64,000 bases of DNA from Candidatus Omnitrophota bacterium (GCA_041661345.1 JBAZUO010000005.1:3977-67976); one strand, 5' to 3'. Shown: positions 8,481 through 18,522, numbered from the stretch's first letter. Numbers and translations: made by a program. The notes: generated by a model not told the origin, from the letters alone.

Positions 8481-9077
8481 TTATCCCGCTGACTTCAAAA
8501 AATAAGTTATTGTATCGACAAGGCCTTTTCGCATCATCATTACAGCTATCGCCGCCAAAAGCAGGCTCGCTATCTTGGAGAACGCTTTTGAGCCGGCCTT
8601 GCCAAGGAAATTAGATATGTTTGTCGCATAGTTAAACGTTATCCAGACTATGATCAGGTTGATAACGAACGAGGTTATCGTCAGGGCCATTCCGTACAGA
8701 TCCAAAAGTATTATTATCGTCGTCAGTACCGCCGGGCCGGTTATGAGCGGTGTACCTATCGGAACGGCTCCCAATGTAGCGGAGGGCATCTTATTGGCCT
8801 TATCATACCATAAGAGGTCGCGTAAAGAGATCGCGAGGAGAACCAGCCCTCCGGCGATCTTAAAATCTGAAACCATGATACCCAGCAGCCTGAATATCCA
8901 TTTGCCCAAAAATAGAAATACAATACCTATGATGAAGGCAGTAATAATAGACTGCGTCAGGGTCTTACGCCTCTGGTTCTTATTTAGGTCTTCGGTAAAT
9001 CCGATGAACATGGGAAGAACGCCTATAGCGTCCATCGCCACGAATAGAGGTATGAAACATAGAAGGAATTCTTTCAT
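8481..9077 (-). CDS. MarC-family (UPF0056) integral membrane protein
   Basis: 198 aa, 6 TM. FIPLFVAMDAIGVLPMF and GAVPIGTPLITGPAVLTT motifs are typical of MarC/YhgN. Confidence 0.78.
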   Translation of the reverse strand: MKEFLLCFIPLFVAMDAIGVLPMFIGFTEDLNKNQRRKTLTQSIITAFIIGIVFLFLGKWIFRLLGIMVSDFKIAGGLVLLAISLRDLLWYDKANKMPSATLGAVPIGTPLITGPAVLTTIIILLDLYGMALTITSFVINLIIVWITFNYATNISNFLGKAGSKAFSKIASLLLAAIAVMMMRKGLVDTITYFLKSAG

Positions 9078-9143
9078 CTTCGACTCCTCCTGATAACGTT
9101 TTAAAAGTATACCATATAATCATGTGGTGAGACAAGTTAAGGT

Positions 9144-9185
9144 AAAAAAACAGGGTTGGTTTGTCTTGATTACACACCAACCCTG
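9144..9185 (-). terminator. Rho-independent terminator after the DUF2934 gene
   Basis: Minus strand: CAGGGTTGGT-(loop)-ACCAACCCTG followed by TTTTTTT. Confidence 0.7.
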
Positions 9186-9220
9186 CCTAATATCGTGCAC
9201 TACTTTGTTACTTTAATAAA

Positions 9221-9436
9221 TTACTTGGACAGCTTACCCTTTATTATTCTCTCGGCTTCCATCCAATCTTCCGCGGCATGACCCGGCTTCTTGCCTCTCT
9301 TCTCATACAATTCGTATGCCTTTTTTTCGATGAGCTTGCAGATATCACCCTTCGTCATCGAGGGATTGGAAGATCTCCCCAGCTTAAATGTTGTTCTTGC
9401 CATAACTTCCTCCTTTGAAATTTGCGAGGCATCCAC
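9221..9436 (-). CDS. DUF2934 small protein
   Basis: 71 aa. IEKKAYELYEKRGKKPGHAAEDWMEAERII matches the DUF2934 consensus (AYE.WE.RG...DW..AE). Confidence 0.7.
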   Translation of the reverse strand: MDASQISKEEVMARTTFKLGRSSNPSMTKGDICKLIEKKAYELYEKRGKKPGHAAEDWMEAERIIKGKLSK

Positions 9437-9467
9437 CTCGTGTTTTCATTATACCGCTCCGCGTAAA

Positions 9468-11129
9468 CTATGCAATAGAAATCTTCAAAAATCCCGGGAT
9501 CGGCTTGTTCAGTAATTTATATATATTTTTAAGGTGTGTAAGATAGAGCTTATCGAACGGATTGTCCGCTCCGCGACGAACCTCGCCGCTATACCACCAG
9601 TTCCAGTCGCTTCCCTCCGCTATATGAAGCTCCCTCCACGCCTGCCTGATCCGCGATCCGTCCAGATCGCCTTCTTTGTGAAGCTCTTTAGTAAATTTCA
9701 TGAGATCCTTCCTTACTTTCCCAAGATAATCCCATGACAAATTATCCTGTTCCTCACCGATCCATATCTCAAAATTGTGGTTTATCCAGGATCCGGGAAA
9801 TACGTTTGAAATAGACCTCTTGGGCGGTTCTATATCAAGAAAATCGCTTATCGTGGTCGAATAAAGAGCGCCCTGCCTGTCGATATTCGCATAAATTGTT
9901 TCAAAGAACTCCCTCCCATTATTCGCGTAATACTCCCAGGCGTTTTCGCCGTCCATGACTATCGTGACCAGCCCCCTATCCGTATCGCGCCTCAAGTTCT
10001 CGGATATACGATTCATGTGTCCCATGAGATCCCACGCCGCGTCGTTCTGGTTCCATGAATTATAGCTGAAACTTATCATATCAGAGAGGTTCTTATCTCT
10101 AAATATCATCGAAATATGCCTGGATTCTCTCTTAAAATTATATGGGCGGTAGATTATCCTGCGGTCGAAAAGCGAAATGCCCTTATATTTCTTATCATAC
10201 GACGACATACTGTTAAATAATATATCTTCATCGGTCGCAACCCAATCTATTCCCTTGGAGATCATTATATCTAGGGCCTCATCGGATACGCTCCCTTCCG
10301 ACGGCCACATGCCGCGCGGCGCGGAACCGAATTGCTCCGTATGATATTTGATCGCTTCCTCTATTTGCCACTCGGCGTCTTCGGGGTGAGCGAATCTTTT
10401 CGGCAGGATCATTTCGGGCGATGAAACTTTTGCCACAGAGGTATCACATAAAAGCGGAAGTATGGGATGATAAAAAGGCGTTGTGGTGATCTCTATACGC
10501 CCTTTTTCCTTAAGCCTTCTGTATAGCGGAATGATCTGAGATAACACCTCCTTCTGTTTCAGGAGGACGTATTCTTTATCCTGCTCGGTATATGATTTTT
10601 GTTTTTCCACCAGGTCCTTCAGGTTCACATCGTCATCCAGGCTTATCGAGTGGAACCACGAAATATTGAAGAGCACCTGAAGGTCGAGAAAATCGGAATC
10701 GGAAAAACTTTTGATCACGTTCTTAAGGGCATTGGCCGAAAGCGGCTTTACACCTTTTTTTATCAATAGCTGTGAATACCTGGCGTTCGGTTCTATGAAA
10801 TTTTTAAAATTGACTTTGAAAAAATTATTAAGCAGATCTACCTTATCGGCAAAGGTAAGCGAGCTCGCCTTCTTTACGGAGATGTCCAGGAATGTATCGG
10901 TAGCATCATTCTGAACATAATCATTTATTTGTTCTACCAGGGACGGAACAAGATTAAACGTGACTTTGACATTTTCGAAGTCTTCCACCAGGGCTGCCAT
11001 CGGGTAGTAATCTTTTACGCCGCGCAGCCTTACCCATGGAAGGAGGTACTTATCTTTAAGCGGATCCTTGTAAAAAGGCTGATGCATATGCCATAGAAAT
11101 GCAACGCCTAATCTCTTTGACTTGTCCAT
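9468..11129 (-). CDS. Glycoside hydrolase family 57 protein (alpha-glucan acting)
   Basis: 553 aa. N-terminal FLWHMHQPFY, WPSEGSVS, and later IVMDGENAWEYY blocks are typical of GH57. Confidence 0.8.
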   Translation of the reverse strand: MDKSKRLGVAFLWHMHQPFYKDPLKDKYLLPWVRLRGVKDYYPMAALVEDFENVKVTFNLVPSLVEQINDYVQNDATDTFLDISVKKASSLTFADKVDLLNNFFKVNFKNFIEPNARYSQLLIKKGVKPLSANALKNVIKSFSDSDFLDLQVLFNISWFHSISLDDDVNLKDLVEKQKSYTEQDKEYVLLKQKEVLSQIIPLYRRLKEKGRIEITTTPFYHPILPLLCDTSVAKVSSPEMILPKRFAHPEDAEWQIEEAIKYHTEQFGSAPRGMWPSEGSVSDEALDIMISKGIDWVATDEDILFNSMSSYDKKYKGISLFDRRIIYRPYNFKRESRHISMIFRDKNLSDMISFSYNSWNQNDAAWDLMGHMNRISENLRRDTDRGLVTIVMDGENAWEYYANNGREFFETIYANIDRQGALYSTTISDFLDIEPPKRSISNVFPGSWINHNFEIWIGEEQDNLSWDYLGKVRKDLMKFTKELHKEGDLDGSRIRQAWRELHIAEGSDWNWWYSGEVRRGADNPFDKLYLTHLKNIYKLLNKPIPGFLKISIA

Positions 11130-11133
11130 AATC

Positions 11134-12720
11134 TTATGCAGAGTATACGGAATAATCTATGTCAGGGAATATGTTGTATTTATCTTCGAGGCGGCGTATA
11201 TATTCCTCTTCGAGCGTTCCTTGCTTGATATCATTATAAAGTTCAGTAAAATGCTCGGTATGCTCCCTGAACCTGGCAACGGCGTAAGGGACATGGCTGC
11301 CGGTCTTCATGATAAATGCCCAATCGCTTGATTGGGCGAGTAAAAGCTCCCTGGCCATCTGATTGAGCGCCCTGCAAAGAAGGCCTTTGGCATGAACGTT
11401 CGCGGTCGCGACTTCTACCATCCGCTCAACCATCTTATGCATGTGCCTGTAGACCCAATCGTTAGAACCCTCGAGCCATACTTCACTGTACCCCTTCCAT
11501 CCCCAGCTCGAATGAGAAGGCGTCAGCACCTGATACTTCTTATAAAGTTTCAAGTATTCGCCGGGCGTCGTCAGAGCTACAGTTTTCTGATCATACCTTA
11601 TCTTCCTGATAAGAAAATCCAGCCATTGCGGGCCTTCATACCACCAGTGTCCAAAAAGCTCAGCATCGTAAGGCGCGACGATAACCGGTAATCTGTCGCC
11701 CATAGAACCAGCCAGGTACTCGACCTGTTTTTCTCTGTTGAACATGAAATTGGCGGCCTGCTTAGCCGCGGTTTCACGGGCGGCGTCCTGGTTATACGGC
11801 TCTTTGTGACTCGTAGTTCCGGTAATCCTGTGGTATTTAATACCGGTATTGATCCTCACTCCATCGGCATTTATATAAGGGCGCACGTAGTCATAGTCGA
11901 GGTCGAATCCGATATCCCTGTAAAATTCCCTATAATTGTAATCGCCGGGGTAGCCTTCGACCGCACTCCAGACGGCTTTGGAAGACTCTGTATCTCTTCC
12001 GAATACACCTACGCCGTTCTTAGTGAGGTATCCGCTGAATACACCGAACCTGGGACGGGGTTTTCCGAAAAGTATCCCGTGCGTATCCACAAGAAAATAT
12101 CTTATCCCCTCTTTCTTCAGCATTTCATCATCGCCGGGATTATACCCACACTCCGGAAGCCATATGCCGGCAGGTTTCCTGCCGAATACTTTCTGATACA
12201 TATCCGTGCCGACCTTAACCTGCGCCCTGACGGAAGCACGCCTCTCCACCTCCATCAGCGGAAGATAGCCGTGAGTTGCACAGCACGTAATAACCTCTAA
12301 ATTACCGAGATCCTGAAAGCGTTTGAAAGCATTGACAAGGTTCGAACCGTATTCGTCTACAAAAATACGACGCGCATCACAAAAATCGTTATGGTACATA
12401 TGGGCGAGGCGGTTAAACCGTTCATCCCACTTCGTTCTTTCGATCTCCTTAGCGGACAGTTCTATCAATTTTTCTATGTGCTTTATGTATTTAGACTGTA
12501 GATGCGGATCCATCAACATCGACATCAGCGTCGGGGAAAGCGAAATGGTAAGCTTGTAGTCTACCTTATCTCTGGCAAGCCCGTCTAAGACCCTTATGAG
12601 CGGGATATAGGTTTCGGTGATCGCTTCGAAAAGCCAGTCTTCTTCAAGAAAGTCATCAAATTCAGGGTGGCGTATATACGGAAGGTGCGCATGAAGAACT
12701 ATCGCAAGGTAACCTTTCAT
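11134..12720 (-). CDS. GH57-type 1,4-alpha-glucan branching enzyme (with DUF1957 C-domain)
   Basis: 528 aa. VLHAHLPYIRHPE start, GIWLPECGY, PYDAELFGHWWYEGPQWL and SSDWAFIM resemble the Thermus/Thermococcus GH57 branching enzymes. Confidence 0.85.
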   Translation of the reverse strand: MKGYLAIVLHAHLPYIRHPEFDDFLEEDWLFEAITETYIPLIRVLDGLARDKVDYKLTISLSPTLMSMLMDPHLQSKYIKHIEKLIELSAKEIERTKWDERFNRLAHMYHNDFCDARRIFVDEYGSNLVNAFKRFQDLGNLEVITCCATHGYLPLMEVERRASVRAQVKVGTDMYQKVFGRKPAGIWLPECGYNPGDDEMLKKEGIRYFLVDTHGILFGKPRPRFGVFSGYLTKNGVGVFGRDTESSKAVWSAVEGYPGDYNYREFYRDIGFDLDYDYVRPYINADGVRINTGIKYHRITGTTSHKEPYNQDAARETAAKQAANFMFNREKQVEYLAGSMGDRLPVIVAPYDAELFGHWWYEGPQWLDFLIRKIRYDQKTVALTTPGEYLKLYKKYQVLTPSHSSWGWKGYSEVWLEGSNDWVYRHMHKMVERMVEVATANVHAKGLLCRALNQMARELLLAQSSDWAFIMKTGSHVPYAVARFREHTEHFTELYNDIKQGTLEEEYIRRLEDKYNIFPDIDYSVYSA

Positions 12721-12725
12721 ATGCG

Positions 12726-13556
12726 TTATTCGGTCTTTCTGGTTACTATCGGAGTTACGCGGCGGGATTCCTGTCCGTCATTGGAGGTCGCTTCAACCGG
12801 TATCACCTGTTTTCCGTCCGGGAGGGCAAATCTTAAACTGAAAGTACCATCCGGATTAAGTTTTATCTCTTTACCTTGAACGGTAAGTTTCGCGTCCGGC
12901 TCCGTAGCTCCGTATACGATCAACTCCGCGTTGACAACCATCCAGAATTTTCGTTCGGGAGGTTTTCTATAGAAGGACGCAGAACTCGATATTCCGCCGC
13001 TCGTTACCTGCTCCTCGAGCCGTTTCTTTATCATCTCTCTAACCTCGAGAGACCCTTTTCCTACTCCGAATCCGCCGGAGAGAGAGAACATCTTCCAGTA
13101 TCCATCATCAGGCATCATCCACTCGGCGTCAAGAACGTCCGACATGCCAAATGCCGGCGTTCTGACGACATTGGATCTGGCCAACAGATAAAAATTGCCT
13201 TTGTTCGACAATATACCTATGTCGACAACCCATGCCCTATCAGGCGAATTAACGTTTATGTACCAGTTGCTGGCGAGATTTTTGAGCTCTATATCGAAGA
13301 ACGAATGCGCGTTTTTACCATTAAAATTCACGGATGTAACATCATAAACACGAAGAACGGATTTACTAGCCCGTTCGCCTGCGGATTCTATCTTTCTTAC
13401 GATTTCCTCTTCCCTGTCTTTTCTTATCTCCCAGTAAGTAAAAACCCACCATGGATCTCTAACGAGAAGGACGATCTTATTATCCCCGTATCCGGAAGGA
13501 AACCTGAATTCCTGTCTTTCTCTGACCTTTAGAGAATGACCCTTCTCGTTTGCCAT
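12726..13556 (-). CDS. DUF4912 protein (recurrent GH57 neighbour)
   Basis: 276 aa. The block IVLLVRDPWWVFTYWEI is the DUF4912 hallmark. Lies immediately downstream of the branching enzyme. Confidence 0.72.
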   Translation of the reverse strand: MANEKGHSLKVRERQEFRFPSGYGDNKIVLLVRDPWWVFTYWEIRKDREEEIVRKIESAGERASKSVLRVYDVTSVNFNGKNAHSFFDIELKNLASNWYINVNSPDRAWVVDIGILSNKGNFYLLARSNVVRTPAFGMSDVLDAEWMMPDDGYWKMFSLSGGFGVGKGSLEVREMIKKRLEEQVTSGGISSSASFYRKPPERKFWMVVNAELIVYGATEPDAKLTVQGKEIKLNPDGTFSLRFALPDGKQVIPVEATSNDGQESRRVTPIVTRKTE

Positions 13557-13587
13557 ATAAGTTGCCTCCTAATAAAACAGCAATGCC

Positions 13588-14106
13588 TTATTCTTTCGGC
13601 GCGGCTTCCTGCGGCTTTTCGTTAGTATTTACATCGGCCTTAACCGGTATCTCTTCTTCCTCTTTCTCCACAATCACGGACCTGGCAATATCTTTACCGT
13701 TCTTCGTCACATATATCGCATCTATCCAGTCCCCCACCCTTATATCATGCAGGCTTTGGGCATTCTCCATCTTGGTATCTTTTTCCAGGATAATATCCGC
13801 GGTTTTCTCTTCATCATTGTCGTAATCATAGTACTGCAGTTTGATGGAATTTGTCGCATCGTCCAAAGACTTCACTTCGCCGTAAATAGACATCTCTTCC
13901 GGCTGAGTCGTCTGAAGGGTATTTTCCGCATCTGTGCCCGGCAAAACAGGCGCAGGGACAGCCTGCTCTTTAGGCGCTGCAACTTCCACTGGTTTACCGG
14001 CTTCCTGCGACTTGCCGGTTTCCTGTTTATCGTTTTGCGAAAATGCTGGTATCGTAAAAAGAGACGCGATCAATACTACAACGGCTATGCGAATACAACT
14101 TTTCAT
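13588..14106 (-). CDS. Secreted acidic protein, unknown function
   Basis: Start moved to ATG at 14106 (GAAGGAGGAG SD 6 nt upstream). Signal peptide MKSCIRIAVVVLIASLFTIPAFS. E/K/P-rich with no recognisable domain. Confidence 0.5.
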   Translation of the reverse strand: MKSCIRIAVVVLIASLFTIPAFSQNDKQETGKSQEAGKPVEVAAPKEQAVPAPVLPGTDAENTLQTTQPEEMSIYGEVKSLDDATNSIKLQYYDYDNDEEKTADIILEKDTKMENAQSLHDIRVGDWIDAIYVTKNGKDIARSVIVEKEEEEIPVKADVNTNEKPQEAAPKE

Positions 14107-14185
14107 GTTACTCCTCCTTCGGTTATCAACCACTATTTTATAGCACGACAATGGAGGAAAAGTCAAGAATTATGACTGATCTTTT

Positions 14186-14947
14186 TCAGGCTGGTATCTT
14201 TTTCCCGTTTTTGTCAAATATTCGACAAGGCCTTATAGAATGCCTCGCAAGCATATATTTAAATGCCGTCTTAAGCACGCCACATCCATAGACGACGCTT
14301 CTTGAGAAACTGATAGAGGACGAGTCTTTTGTATAGGCTGAAGGGCAGGTTATCTCGCCTACCCTGTAACCAAAATAAAATGCCTGTAAAAGCATTTGGT
14401 TGTCGAATATGAAATCGTCCGAATTTTCAAGTATCGGAAGGTTTAATAAGGTTTCCCTGGAAAATGCGCGGAAACCGGAATGATATTCGGAAAGCTTCTC
14501 ACCTATCATGTTGTTTTCTGCTAGAGTCAGAAGCCGGTTGGATACATATTTATACAGAGGCATGCCACCCTGAAGCGCCTTGTTGCCCAGTATGCGGGAA
14601 CCCAACACCACGTCAAACATACCTGATGTTATAAGCGCCGCCATCGCCGTTATCAATCTGGGAGGATACTGATAATCAGGATGAAGCATCACGACAACAT
14701 CCGCTCCAAGCTTCAGCGCTTCGGCATAACAGGTCTTCTGATTCCCGCCGTAACCTTTATTTTCATCGTGGACAAAGACTTTGAGATTGAGTGTTTTGGC
14801 AATATCGACAGTCTTGTCCCTGGATTTATCGTCGGTAAGCACTATATCGTCAACGATATCTCTTGGTATCTCGTCGTAAACCCGCTTGAGGGTTTTCTCC
14901 GCGTTATACGCGGGCATAACCACGACTATCTTTTTGCCGTTAAGCAC
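14186..14947 (-). CDS. Glycosyltransferase family 2
   Basis: 253 aa. VVMPAYNAEKTL, LTDDKSRDKT and MLHPDYQYPP (DxD-type) are GT-A fold signatures. Confidence 0.82.
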   Translation of the reverse strand: MLNGKKIVVVMPAYNAEKTLKRVYDEIPRDIVDDIVLTDDKSRDKTVDIAKTLNLKVFVHDENKGYGGNQKTCYAEALKLGADVVVMLHPDYQYPPRLITAMAALITSGMFDVVLGSRILGNKALQGGMPLYKYVSNRLLTLAENNMIGEKLSEYHSGFRAFSRETLLNLPILENSDDFIFDNQMLLQAFYFGYRVGEITCPSAYTKDSSSISFSRSVVYGCGVLKTAFKYMLARHSIRPCRIFDKNGKKIPA

Positions 14948-14962
14948 TATCTTTAAGCCTGG

Positions 14963-15355
14963 TTATTGCCTTGGCTTTTCTGCTGTACCGATCTTCTCCG
15001 GCATAAGTGGAGCTGCCAGCGCACCCGCCACGCCTTTTGTTTCGGCAAGAAGTTTGTCATACGCGGCCTTCACCGAGATCTTCTCGTCCAAAATTTTATC
15101 ATACTCGCCCTTCAGCGCGGTCTTCTCGTTCGTCACCGTTTCAAGCTTAGTAGCGACATCCATCTTTTCTTTTAGAAGATTATCATATTCGTTCTTCAGC
15201 GCATCCTTGGCGGTAGCCAACGCCGAGACCTTCTCCTCGAGCGCTATCTTCTCATTTAGAAGCGCTTCGTACTTATCTTTGGAAACTCCGCAACCGACTA
15301 TGCCGGCCATAAATATCACCACCACAAACAAAGCAATCAATCTCGGAAACCTCAT
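14963..15355 (-). CDS. Coiled-coil lipoprotein
   Basis: 130 aa. Lipobox IVGC. Heptad-rich body with a reiterated (K/E)YD.LL.EK motif. Confidence 0.6.
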   Translation of the reverse strand: MRFPRLIALFVVVIFMAGIVGCGVSKDKYEALLNEKIALEEKVSALATAKDALKNEYDNLLKEKMDVATKLETVTNEKTALKGEYDKILDEKISVKAAYDKLLAETKGVAGALAAPLMPEKIGTAEKPRQ

Positions 15356-15397
15356 CTAAAAATATCCTCCCATTTGTTAATATTGCGAAAATCGCGT

Positions 15398-15838
15398 CTA
15401 CTGCCGTACTAGATATTTCTCGAGTTCAGCCCATGTCTTCGGACCGACTTTTCCGTCAGCCTTAAGGCCCTTTGCCTTCTGAAATTCTATCACAGCCGTC
15501 TTGGTCTTTGGACCGATCTTTCCGTCTATCGATCCGGCATAAAATCCGGCATTCTTCAACGCAAGCTGGATATCCTTATTCCTCAAATCCTTCTCTTGCA
15601 CGATCGGCGACGGGTTCTCAACTACGACTTGAGGCGCTGCCGTAGGCGGGATCGTCTCCGTAGCTACATTTTGAGCCGGCTCCGTCGTCACCAACGTATC
15701 CGTGGCCTGTGTAACAGACTGCGTCGCATCGAAACCCTGAGTATCGGCGGGTTTTTCAACTTTTCCCTTGCAGCCAAAAAGCGCTATAGGTAAAATCACC
15801 GCTACTGCTAAAATTATTGCAAAAAATCCTTTCTTCAT
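15398..15838 (-). CDS. Lipoprotein with C-terminal peptidoglycan-binding (PG_binding_1) domain
   Basis: 146 aa. Lipobox LFGC, T/Q/P-rich linker, then IQLALKNAGFYAGSIDGKIGPKTKTAVIEFQKAKGLKADGKVGPKTWAEL. Confidence 0.78.
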   Translation of the reverse strand: MKKGFFAIILAVAVILPIALFGCKGKVEKPADTQGFDATQSVTQATDTLVTTEPAQNVATETIPPTAAPQVVVENPSPIVQEKDLRNKDIQLALKNAGFYAGSIDGKIGPKTKTAVIEFQKAKGLKADGKVGPKTWAELEKYLVRQ

Positions 15839-15904
15839 CTCTTCCTCCTTTCTTAAATGTTGATTATACTGCTTGATGACACTTTGTCAAGTTTTATTGC
15901 TTAT

Positions 15905-16747
15905 TTAACATCTCTTAATCGTGCCAAACCTGGTATTGATAACTGCTCCGAAGCCCGCTGTAAGAAAAATTATCTTCGCTATGGGCCCGATCAAGGGCAG
16001 GAAACCCATCAGGAATAATGTCAATATCCCCGATATCGCCCCGACAAACGGATGCACCTTCTTTTTAAACACCATGAATATATGATTACCGATAAATATG
16101 GCAACGGCGATATAGCCTATTATCAAAGCAAGCACAACAAAGAGTATCTCCAGCGGTATCAACGCAATGCCCACCAGGCTTATGGCAAGCATCACCGCAA
16201 TGGGCACTATCAGTATCGTCCATAACGCTCCCCAAAGGAACATTTTTACGAACGAGCACTCAATAATATTTACAACCGTTCCTATATGCTCCGGAATAAG
16301 CGCCACAAGTAGTACGGCAAGCCCTAAAAAACCCAGTAGCGCCAAAAGGCTGATCGTCGCCCATAACGCTATCCATCCTCCCTTCAGCATAGTGGCAAAG
16401 GACGGGACAAAATTCGGCAAATATACCTGGGTAACCTTACCTCCGATCTCGGCCGAAGGATCTTTAACCAGCTCTCCGCCTACAACAACTATCTGTTCAC
16501 CCACACACGAATTGGGCATTAGGATGACCGAACCACCCACGGCAATGATATTATTCTGAACATTGCCGTATACGGTCACATTGCCGCCTATCGCAACAAC
16601 ATCACCTACGGATACGTCCTTAGGCACTTCTATATCCTTGTTCACCTTCAATATATCCTGGCCTTTAGCGAACGCGCTAGGCGAGGATAAGGATATTATG
16701 ACAGCTGCAAATAATATCGCTAGACGTCTGGGCATGATAAGCCTCAC
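15905..16747 (-). CDS. Membrane protein: signal peptide, bactofilin-like beta-helix repeats, C-terminal multi-TM region
   Basis: 280 aa. DVVAIGGNVTVYGNVQNNIIAVGGSVIL...VVVGGELV repeat followed by 4-5 hydrophobic helices. 4-nt overlap with the aminotransferase gene. Confidence 0.45.
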   Translation of the reverse strand: MRLIMPRRLAILFAAVIISLSSPSAFAKGQDILKVNKDIEVPKDVSVGDVVAIGGNVTVYGNVQNNIIAVGGSVILMPNSCVGEQIVVVGGELVKDPSAEIGGKVTQVYLPNFVPSFATMLKGGWIALWATISLLALLGFLGLAVLLVALIPEHIGTVVNIIECSFVKMFLWGALWTILIVPIAVMLAISLVGIALIPLEILFVVLALIIGYIAVAIFIGNHIFMVFKKKVHPFVGAISGILTLFLMGFLPLIGPIAKIIFLTAGFGAVINTRFGTIKRC

Positions 16748-17901
16748 TTTCTTGTGGTCATCAGAAAACGCTCTATCCTGATAAGCGCCTCTTTTAATTT
16801 ATCAAAAGCGGATGCATACGATATCCTGACATAGCCCTCGCCCAGGCTGCCAAAGGCGGTACCGGGGACAACGGCAACCTTTTCCTTCTCCAGGAGAGCC
16901 TTCGCGAACTCCATAGACGTCATGCCGGAATTTTTTATCGAAGGGAACGCGTAGAACGCGCCCTCGGGCTTGTGGCATGCCAGCCCGATCTCATTTAAAC
17001 GCGACACGACAAACTCTCTTCTTCTGTTGTACTCGCGTTTCATCTCCTGAACGGAACGCTCGCCGTTCTTTAACGCCTCCTCTGCCGCCATCTGCGCCAT
17101 TATAGGCACACACATCATAGTATACTGGTGAATCTTCGTCATGGCGCCGATTATGTCTTTGGGGCCGCATGCGTACCCGATCCTCCATCCCGTCATAGCA
17201 AAGGCTTTTGAAAAACCATTCAGATATATGGTGCGCTCTTTCATGCCCGGAAGCGTCGGAAACGGCGTATGGGTATAACCATATGTAAGTTCACAGTAAA
17301 TCTCGTCGCTCAACACAATAAGATTATGCTTCAACACCGAAAGCGATATGTCTTTGAGCTCCTTCCTGGAATAGGATGCGCCGGTCGGATTATTCGGATA
17401 ATTTAAAACGATCCCTTTCGTCTTTTTATCACAGGACCTGTCTATATCCCTACGCGTGATCTTAAATCCATTGTCCGGGCTAGTATTTATAAAAACGTTT
17501 TTACCCTGACACAATGTAGTCACCGGCCCATATGAAACGTATGAAGGCTGGGGTATCAACACTTTGTCATTCCTATCCAATATGGCCCGCATAGCAAGGT
17601 CGAATGCCTCGCTCACGCCTACAGTTACGAGGATTTCGTCTTCGGGATCGTAATCCATGCCGTATTTATTTTTAAGGTACCTGGATATCTCGCAACGCAG
17701 TTCAAACAACCCCTTATTTGATGTGTAAGAAGTATACCCTTCCTCCAGGGAATATATCGCCTTTTCGCGTATATTCCACGGCGTAACGAAATCCGGCTCG
17801 CCGACACCTAAGGATATGACATCCTTCATGCCGATAACCAGGTCGAAAAATACCCTTATCCCAGACGGCGGAATCTGTTCTACAAGTTTGGAAATTTTCA
17901 T
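16744..17901 (-). CDS. Class I/II pyridoxal-phosphate aminotransferase (aspartate-aminotransferase-like)
   Basis: 385 aa. GVGEPDF, NPTGA and SKAFAMTGWRIGY (PLP lysine) motifs. Confidence 0.85.
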   Translation of the reverse strand: MKISKLVEQIPPSGIRVFFDLVIGMKDVISLGVGEPDFVTPWNIREKAIYSLEEGYTSYTSNKGLFELRCEISRYLKNKYGMDYDPEDEILVTVGVSEAFDLAMRAILDRNDKVLIPQPSYVSYGPVTTLCQGKNVFINTSPDNGFKITRRDIDRSCDKKTKGIVLNYPNNPTGASYSRKELKDISLSVLKHNLIVLSDEIYCELTYGYTHTPFPTLPGMKERTIYLNGFSKAFAMTGWRIGYACGPKDIIGAMTKIHQYTMMCVPIMAQMAAEEALKNGERSVQEMKREYNRRREFVVSRLNEIGLACHKPEGAFYAFPSIKNSGMTSMEFAKALLEKEKVAVVPGTAFGSLGEGYVRISYASAFDKLKEALIRIERFLMTTRK

Positions 17902-17917
17902 ATTGGCCTTCGGTTAT

Positions 17918-18403
17918 TTATAATGTTATCGCCGGACGTTTCGACTTCTCCGGCTGCTTTAATATGTCCCCGTCCTCTTTATATTTCTTGAGAATGAAAT
18001 GAGTAACGGTGCCGCGTATATTTTCCATAGATGAAAGCTTCTCCGCGACAAAACTCGAAACGGCCTGTAAATTTTTACCTTCAACGACTACAAGCAGATC
18101 GTAAGTTCCGGACATAAGATAGCAGCTCGTCACCTCCGGAAACCGGTAGATCCTCTCCGCGATATGATCGAACCCCAGATTCTTTTGCGGCGTAACCTTC
18201 ACCTCTATGAGGGCCCTGACGCCCGACCCGTCCTCCCTGAGGATCTCTTTATTTATCAGCGCTTTGTACTTTAAAATAATACCGTCTTTCTCGAACTTTT
18301 TGATCGTGCTCGAGACGGCCTTCGGCGTCATGTTAAGCATCTTTGCGATCTCTTCCGGCGTCGTCCTCGCGTTCTTTTCCAAAATTTCCAATATCTCGTT
18401 CAT
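17918..18403 (-). CDS. Lrp/AsnC-family transcriptional regulator
   Basis: Start moved to ATG at 18403 (GGGGGA SD). HTH (ARTTPEEIAKMLNMTPKAVSSTIKKFEKDGII) plus a RAM/AsnC_trans_reg domain. Confidence 0.85.
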   Translation of the reverse strand: MNEILEILEKNARTTPEEIAKMLNMTPKAVSSTIKKFEKDGIILKYKALINKEILREDGSGVRALIEVKVTPQKNLGFDHIAERIYRFPEVTSCYLMSGTYDLLVVVEGKNLQAVSSFVAEKLSSMENIRGTVTHFILKKYKEDGDILKQPEKSKRPAITL

Positions 18404-18414
18404 AAAATCCCCCA

Positions 18415-18433
18415 AATTTTGTGAAACAAAATT
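18415..18433. promoter_or_regulatory. Perfect inverted repeat AATTTTGT-N3-ACAAAATT directly upstream of the lrp-family gene
   Basis: 8+8 bp dyad at 18415-18433, 12 nt upstream of the ATG. A/T-rich dyads of this kind are typical Lrp/AsnC autoregulatory sites. Confidence 0.4.
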
Positions 18434-18480
18434 CGTCCCGAGAACACAACAAAGTAAAGTGTTCGAGGGACTTCATATTC

Positions 18481-18522
18481 AAAAGGGGCTGCTCTCTTTT
18501 CTACCGAGGGCCGCCCCTTTTT
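18481..18522 (-). terminator. Rho-independent terminator after the 18548-19066 lipoprotein gene
   Basis: AAAAGGGGC...GCCCCTTTTT stem with U-run on either strand. Confidence 0.6.

Noticed and set aside
12876-13532. Long plus-strand ORFs in the track that lie antisense to minus-strand genes. Examples are 12876-13532 (218 aa), 58613-59365 (250 aa), 20878-21450 (190 aa), 11806-12300 (164 aa) and 56859-57368 (169 aa).
   Set aside because: Each lies entirely inside a minus-strand gene with strong family motifs (DUF4912, Cache, PEPCK, GH57, DUF296). Their translations are low-complexity (S/R/P/L/I-rich) with no recognisable motif or SD-start context. They are typical shadow ORFs.
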